From Terriglobia bacterium (GTDB lineage: Bacteria; Acidobacteriota; Terriglobia; 20CM-2-55-15): DNA of 64,000 nucleotides. The notes beneath the pieces are model-generated. The model worked only from the letters and a program-made list of their open reading frames with translations, had not been told where the DNA came from and did not search any database. Where the stretch lies: positions 256,001 through 320,000 of the forward strand of contig CAXWPJ010000009.1 in assembly GCA_963664115.2 (NCBI GenBank), read 5' to 3'. Position numbers and translations under genes: made by a program. Positions 58,622 to 64,000 of this stretch are shown one piece after another; within the stretch, counting starts at the first letter, position 1; every line of letters begins with the position of its first letter.

Positions 58622-60040
58622 TCACTGATTGAAAAAGCTTTGGAAACCTTTGTGCAACTCCCAAAGGTCCACCTTGGAAGACACTTCCAGGGGAGAGTGC
58701 ATGCTGACGATGCCAATGCCAACGTCGATGACATCCATGTTCTGACCCGCAAACCAGGCCGCAATCGTCCCGCCGCCGTAACCGGCATCATAGGAGTGAG
58801 TTTGCCACCGAACGCCGGACCCGTCGAGCACCCCTCGAATCTTGGCGAAGAACTCTGAGTTGGCTTCCCGTCCTGCGCCGTACTCCTTCACCACCAGACC
58901 GTAGCCCAGCCGGGACGTTAACTCTTCGTTCTGGGGGCCAGGAAACAAGGGATTCAACGCGGTCGTGGTGTCGCTGACCATCACCTCGGTGTTGGCGTAG
59001 GCGTGACGCAACAGCAGATCGTTGAACTCTCCCGACTGCGAAGCGATTATCTCGGAAACAAGTGTCGTAAACCACGCGGAATTGACTCCCGTATTCCAGG
59101 ACGCGGTCTCTTCGTTGTTTACCGCGTATGCAACCACCGTGTAGCGTGGTGTCCCGATTTCAGCAATCGACCGCAGGCTGACATATGCGGTCGCTCGATC
59201 GTCCTGTCCGTACGCGGCAACCAGCGCCCGGTCGAGTCCGACGTCTCTCGGCACCGTTGCGGGGACGATCTGAATGTCGGCTGAGAGGAAATCTCTGGCG
59301 TCGATCCCGTAATCGTCCGCAAGCAGGGCAAGCAGACGGGCCGTCGCATCTTCGTGGCCACTATCCGGGTCAGGAGGCAGAGAAGCAATGATGGGCTCCA
59401 GTTCTTCACTACGGAGCACCTCGCGCTGCGTCCTGTCCCGGTAGTCCGCATCAACGTGGGGGGCGAGATCTGTTATCAGGAGAATAGGGTCATCCGCTTG
59501 CGTTCCCACCTCGATCCAGAGGGTCGTTCCGTCTGGCTTGTCCACCCGCCCGATCATGGCCAGTGGAACGTTCGCCCACTGGTAGTTCTTGATTCCACCA
59601 TGCACCTGAGTATCGACGGTAACGATTCCACTCCGCTCACGCAGTGGGCGGGTCTTGAACTCGATCCTCGGCGAATCAATATGCGTGTTGACGATTCGCA
59701 GCCCTTGATCCAGCGGTTCTGAACCGATAACAAACAACACCAACGTGCGGTCTCGATTCACCGCGTACCACCGGGAACCGGGAATCAAAGCAGCAGCGGT
59801 GACGTTTCCAGACCAGGCCCTGAAATCTTCCGATTCCGCAAACTCGACACCCTCACGGACAAACCACATCTCGCTCTTCGCTCGACCTATAAAGTCCTTG
59901 AAGTCTTCCCCGAAGGCCATAACGTCGGACCGCTCCTGCGCGTTCAGTTCGGGCCATACAGGGCCGAATCCGAAATCCTGGCCGCTGGCGGGAACCGTAA
60001 ACAGAAGCGCCATTGCAAAACCGATCAACTGGGATTTCAT
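58622..60040 (-). CDS. M18-family aminopeptidase with a signal peptide
   Basis: HIDSP, GGIKNYQW, YGQDDR, EE, GGGTIA, SMHSP; N-terminus MKSQLIGFAMALLFTVPASG. Confidence 0.85.
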   Translation of the reverse strand: MKSQLIGFAMALLFTVPASGQDFGFGPVWPELNAQERSDVMAFGEDFKDFIGRAKSEMWFVREGVEFAESEDFRAWSGNVTAAALIPGSRWYAVNRDRTLVLFVIGSEPLDQGLRIVNTHIDSPRIEFKTRPLRERSGIVTVDTQVHGGIKNYQWANVPLAMIGRVDKPDGTTLWIEVGTQADDPILLITDLAPHVDADYRDRTQREVLRSEELEPIIASLPPDPDSGHEDATARLLALLADDYGIDARDFLSADIQIVPATVPRDVGLDRALVAAYGQDDRATAYVSLRSIAEIGTPRYTVVAYAVNNEETASWNTGVNSAWFTTLVSEIIASQSGEFNDLLLRHAYANTEVMVSDTTTALNPLFPGPQNEELTSRLGYGLVVKEYGAGREANSEFFAKIRGVLDGSGVRWQTHSYDAGYGGGTIAAWFAGQNMDVIDVGIGIVSMHSPLEVSSKVDLWELHKGFQSFFNQ

Positions 60041-60120
60041 AGTTTTACTCCGCAGTTTCCAGTGGTAGGTAAAGTGGAAGCAAATTGTATCGCACTATCA
60101 AAAATGGCTGTCCCCTTTTG

Positions 60121-61227
60121 CTATGCGTTCCGGATACCCGTTGCCATCATCTCTTCAAACAGATCTTCGTATTGACGGGTGACTTTTCCCCACGAATACT
60201 GCGTCTGAACTCGCGACCGCGTTCGCCTGCGGTAACGGGCGACGCAGTCCGGATCTGCCAACACCTGTTGTAGCAACTCCGTGAGGTCTGTTGCATCGTT
60301 GAAATAGAGACCCGTGGAATCGAGAACTTCACGATGTTCGGGATTGTCCTTGGCCAGAACGCAGTTACCGGCTCCCATCGCTTCGAGGAGGGCCGGATGG
60401 GTACCACCCACTTCAGTCGCCTGGAAATACAGGTACGCATGAGACCTCAATTCCAGGCAGCCGTCTCCGTATATGGCTCCGGTAAACTCCACACGGGAGT
60501 CGGCCATCGACTTCAATTGCCGGATATAGCCCGCGGCATATGGGGCGTCGCCGACGATAACGAGGGGCATCGAAGTCTCCACCCTCCCGTAAGCTTCGAT
60601 AACCAGGTGGGCGTTGTTCTCTAGTTCCAATCGGCTCACGTAGAGGAGGAAGTTCCGGCTTTTGAGGCCGAGAGCTTCGATGAACTCCGTACTCTCTTGT
60701 CGGCGGCAATCCGCTCCGTAGGCGATCATCACCGACGGCGTATCGTGGCGGTCCAGGAAGTAGTCCGCGATGATCCCGGCATCCGTAACGGCAACGGTGG
60801 GAAGCAAACTGGCCAGGTGCTCTGAGATTCTGTAAAATGTCCGGCCGGCGACGCCCCACTTTCCGCGTTTTCTCTCAATGCCGTCAACGTTGAGCGCTAC
60901 GGGAATTCCGCCCAGGCGGGGAACGATTGAGAAAACGGCGTTGGCGGCGTTACACATCAAAATGATGTCATAGTCGGCAAATAGGGCGTGGAAGACAGAG
61001 AGAAACGTGTGGGCCACGGTATCCAGATGCTTCGTGGGGATCGTTGGAAGAATCACGAGCCGGACGCCACGGTACACCCGGGACGTATGTCTCACGTTGT
61101 TGCTACGGCCATACACGGTGACTTGATGGCCCCGCTCGACCAGGCGTGTGGACAACTCTTCGGCGAAGGTTTCGAAACCCCCGTAGTTGGCTGGAATACC
61201 TCGGGTGCCGACTATAGCTATTTTCAT
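60121..61227 (-). CDS. GT4 glycosyltransferase (DUF1972 type)
   Basis: GTRGIPANYGGFETF, NVDGIE, EVGGTHPALLEAM. Confidence 0.9.
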   Translation of the reverse strand: MKIAIVGTRGIPANYGGFETFAEELSTRLVERGHQVTVYGRSNNVRHTSRVYRGVRLVILPTIPTKHLDTVAHTFLSVFHALFADYDIILMCNAANAVFSIVPRLGGIPVALNVDGIERKRGKWGVAGRTFYRISEHLASLLPTVAVTDAGIIADYFLDRHDTPSVMIAYGADCRRQESTEFIEALGLKSRNFLLYVSRLELENNAHLVIEAYGRVETSMPLVIVGDAPYAAGYIRQLKSMADSRVEFTGAIYGDGCLELRSHAYLYFQATEVGGTHPALLEAMGAGNCVLAKDNPEHREVLDSTGLYFNDATDLTELLQQVLADPDCVARYRRRTRSRVQTQYSWGKVTRQYEDLFEEMMATGIRNA

Positions 61228-61431
61228 TAAGAGTCAGCGATTTCGATATGAAACTTTCCCCAGACCGCTTTCTTCAAGTCACCGAGACTTCTGCCACGGG
61301 CTGTTAGGGCCAGAAGCGGACGTTTGCTTGCATCTGACTACTTCAAAGATCTTTGGATAGCGCTACTCTGAGCGTGCCATTATAGCCGCAGCCCCACATC
61401 GGGCAAAAAGCGGGCAAGAAACGGATCAACA

Positions 61432-62583
61432 ATGAAGGACATCCTCCAGGAACTCGAAACGATCCTGCCGGACGGCGTTCGGCTTCTCGAACGCATAGTC
61501 AATCTGGAATCACCCAGCTACGACCGGGCACTGGTCAATCGACTCGTTCAGTTGCTGGCCGACGAATTCGGAAAGCTCGGCGCCGCAACCACTCGCATGC
61601 CCGAAGAAGATCGAGGCGACCACATGTTGATTCGTTTCCCAGGCGAAAGCGATACGCCAATCATGCTTCTGGGACATACCGACACGGTCTGGCCGAAAGG
61701 CACGCTGGTCGAACGTCCGTTCACGATAGACGGTGACATCGCGACCGGCCCCGGAGTATTCGACATGAAGGCCGGAATCGTAATGATGTGGATGGCCATG
61801 CGCACGCTCCTTCAAGTTCGGGGAAAGTTGACACATCCCATATCGATTCTCCTTATCAGCAATGAGGAAGTCGGGAGTCCAGGCTCCAGAGCGCTCGTCC
61901 GGAGTCAGGCCGCCGGGGTCGGTGCCGTGCTGGTGCTGGAGCCGCCATTGCCGGGCGGCACTCTGAAAACGACCCGCAATGGGATGGGACGTTTCGTCGT
62001 GAAGGCGGTGGGAAAGGCGGCTCATACCGGCATCAATCCTGAGGACGGAGTTAACGCTGTTGAAGAGATTGCCCACCAGATATTGCGTATCCGGGAACTC
62101 GGCGATGTCGGGAAAAAGACGACCGTAACAGTCGCCGTCGTCGAAGGTGGCACCCGTCCCAACGTCGTTCCCGAGGAATGCTTTGTGCAAGTTGATGCAC
62201 GCACCCCTAGCCAGGAGGAGGCAGAGCGGATCACCACAGCGATAAACTCACTCAAACCCGTTCTTGAGGGGGCACGGCTGGAAGTAGACGGTGCGTTTCG
62301 GCGGCCACCGCTCGAGCCTACGCCCGGGAATACGAAGCTTTTCGACTGTGCCCGAGAAATAGCTGGCGAGTTGGGTCGCGAACTCACAGGAGGTGCGACC
62401 GGGGGCACGTCCGACGGTAACTTGACCTCGGCCATGGGAGTGCCAACCCTCGATGGCCTGGGGGCCCTCGGACTGGGAGCGCATCAGCTCGAAGAGCGAG
62501 TTGAATTATCGTCCCTCCCCTGGCGAGCGGCATTAGTCGCCGGGCTGATCGAACGAATCGGGAAATACCGCGGCCTCCGGTAG
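61432..62583 (+). CDS. M20 metallopeptidase (carboxypeptidase G2-like)
   Basis: GHTDTVWP, GPGVFDMKAG, NEEVGS, GGTSDGN, GAH. Confidence 0.9.
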   Translation: MKDILQELETILPDGVRLLERIVNLESPSYDRALVNRLVQLLADEFGKLGAATTRMPEEDRGDHMLIRFPGESDTPIMLLGHTDTVWPKGTLVERPFTIDGDIATGPGVFDMKAGIVMMWMAMRTLLQVRGKLTHPISILLISNEEVGSPGSRALVRSQAAGVGAVLVLEPPLPGGTLKTTRNGMGRFVVKAVGKAAHTGINPEDGVNAVEEIAHQILRIRELGDVGKKTTVTVAVVEGGTRPNVVPEECFVQVDARTPSQEEAERITTAINSLKPVLEGARLEVDGAFRRPPLEPTPGNTKLFDCAREIAGELGRELTGGATGGTSDGNLTSAMGVPTLDGLGALGLGAHQLEERVELSSLPWRAALVAGLIERIGKYRGLR

Positions 62584-62618
62584 TGTCCTAATAGTGGGTG
62601 GGTTTTGAATTTCGCTTC

Positions 62619-62978
62619 TTAGGATGCCGGTTTCGCGTTTTCTTCTTTAGGGGCGGCCGATTCTGTTTTGGCGGCATCAATAGCATCGATCTGTCTCTGA
62701 AGATAGCCGATTAGATTACGCGCCATTTGGTGTGGCATTGATACACCGACAAGAGGCCTAACTATAACGATGTCTTTATCTGATGGGTTGGGAACGAACT
62801 CGCCGAAGACTATTCTAAATTCTAAAGGATCATGCATCAGTCGCAAAACGCTGGCATGCTTATACTCAACGCTAGTGAACAGCTGATTTATGAGGCGGAA
62901 GTTACCCTCGGCTTCTTCCTTGCTCACCTCTTCCCTCGAAAAACGAATATCATTATCTGGCATGTAATATCGTTCCAT
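62619..62978 (-). CDS. DUF3467-like small protein, third gene of the TA module
   Basis: EFRIVFG...VRPLVGVSMPHQMARNLIGYLQRQI pattern; overlaps the antitoxin 3' end; start 62978 or 62963. Confidence 0.55.
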   Translation of the reverse strand: MERYYMPDNDIRFSREEVSKEEAEGNFRLINQLFTSVEYKHASVLRLMHDPLEFRIVFGEFVPNPSDKDIVIVRPLVGVSMPHQMARNLIGYLQRQIDAIDAAKTESAAPKEENAKPAS

Positions 62979-63588
62979 CCGTACCTGTCTCTTTGCCCCA
63001 GAGCGAAGATTTCGATGAACCTCCATGTGGCTCGTTCTGTGTCACAGAATCGGCGAGAAAAGTAATCTCTCCCGTCTGCTGAAATTCTTGAAGCACTGGT
63101 TCCTTTCCCGAACCTACAGCCACAGAAAGATGCGGAACCGCTTCCAGTGCGCCGCTAGTTCCAGCGGACGGCGCACCGGCGCTATTGGCAGCATATTCTT
63201 GCGACTCCTCAAGTCCTTGCCTATGAAATTCTGGATCTTCCGAGAAAGAAACTCTCTCAAAGCTAGCTGATCCCTGAACGCCAAGATCTGATTCAAGAGA
63301 GCCGAAATCTTCGAATGATACCCTCAGCCGTAAATCGAAAGCCTTAGCCAGCCTTTTCAGCGTGTTAATGCTCCAAGCTGAATAGTTGACGTCTTCAAGA
63401 ACGGAAATTCTGGGCTGCGCCATAGCCGAGAGATCTCCAAGCGCGGCCTGGGACAGATTCCTTTGCTCTCTTAAAACCTTAATCTGCATGGCGATCATTG
63501 AGTTTAAGTGTGCTTCTGCAAAGGCATGGCGATATTCATGGTCTTTCATATCGCTGTCGTGTCGCAATTCTTCAAAAATTTCATTCAT
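62953..63588 (-). CDS. XRE/HigA-type HTH antitoxin with a long C-terminal extension
   Basis: IAMQIKVLREQRNLSQAALG...QPRISVLED...SINTLKRLAKAFD; about 110-aa low-complexity tail. Confidence 0.82.
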   Translation of the reverse strand: MNEIFEELRHDSDMKDHEYRHAFAEAHLNSMIAMQIKVLREQRNLSQAALGDLSAMAQPRISVLEDVNYSAWSINTLKRLAKAFDLRLRVSFEDFGSLESDLGVQGSASFERVSFSEDPEFHRQGLEESQEYAANSAGAPSAGTSGALEAVPHLSVAVGSGKEPVLQEFQQTGEITFLADSVTQNEPHGGSSKSSLWGKETGTDGTILHAR

Positions 63589-63971
63589 CGAAAACGTCTC
63601 CTCTTCATATTTCGGAGAAGTATCAGTCTGTTCTCGTCGGCGATATTGGGAGCGTTTACCGGATCTAGCTCGCCGTCTCGTTCAACTGCTCCGAATAGAA
63701 ATGTGAATTCAGCGTCATTATCGATTGGTCCAACGCAAATCATTGGTCGTAACGCTCTTGTTGGCGTGTTCACCCTAAACTTTCGGATATGCCGAAAAAG
63801 AGGACCGGTAAGCAGCCCGGCTGGAAGGTCCGGACCATACTGCTTCAAAAGCAGGACTTTTTGCTTAAAAGCAGCGATGTCACTCGGTTGTAGATCTACA
63901 GAACGTATCCAAACGCCAATGACACTTGTCACGCAATCCGCTTCCGTAAAGTCGTAAACACGCCACGCCAC
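63585..63971 (-). CDS. RelE/HigB (Gp49)-like toxin
   Basis: W.V..F...I..W, LLKQYGPDL, IRKFRV...ALRP, FTFLFGAVERD; ATGA overlap with the HTH gene. Confidence 0.65.
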   Translation of the reverse strand: MAWRVYDFTEADCVTSVIGVWIRSVDLQPSDIAAFKQKVLLLKQYGPDLPAGLLTGPLFRHIRKFRVNTPTRALRPMICVGPIDNDAEFTFLFGAVERDGELDPVNAPNIADENRLILLRNMKRRRFR

Positions 63972-63972
63972 A

Positions 63973-64000
63973 GTAATTATATAGAAAATATTATAATTAC
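63973..64000. promoter_or_regulatory. Palindromic operator/-10 region of the TA module
   Basis: GTAATTATA-N10-TATAATTAC; TATAAT boxes on the minus strand just upstream of the GTG start. Confidence 0.7.

Noticed and set aside
1-64000. tRNA, rRNA, tmRNA or known riboswitch genes
   Set aside because: No recognisable consensus seen by eye in the intergenic regions; a covariance-model scan would be needed to exclude them fully.

Overview
GC-rich bacterial chromosome segment. Gene content (Acidobacterial-type VWA protein, DUF4159, BON protein, secreted repeat proteins) suggests Acidobacteriota, which is an inference. Bioenergetics dominates. (i) A 15.3-kb non-canonical complex I operon has the order nuoJ-K-[MrpD-like]-[small TM protein]-[MrpD-like core with an apparently lengthened NuoL-type transverse helix]-M-N-A-B-C-D-[E/F fusion]-G-H-I, giving four antiporter-like subunits. 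(ii) A ~6.2-kb cargo sits between two ~506-bp near-identical copies of the nuoI 3' region. It carries a sulfatase-like gene, an IS3 element inserted into a small 'AYLDPG' gene, a frameshifted NoeA-like methyltransferase and an IS end remnant. (iii) Two different complex II operons (sdhCAB and frdABCD) lie back to back. The remainder is mostly housekeeping: osmoprotectant ABC transporter, alr, galT, hydantoinase/oxoprolinase, an EF-G paralog, LPS/rhamnose genes and peptidases. The window ends in a lower-GC three-gene module (RelE/HigB-like toxin, HTH antitoxin with a long tail, DUF3467-like protein) under a palindromic operator, a candidate non-SecB toxin-antitoxin-chaperone system. A structured ncRNA/attenuator candidate and several short palindromic repeats were also seen. 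All family calls come from recognising motifs by eye; no searches were run.
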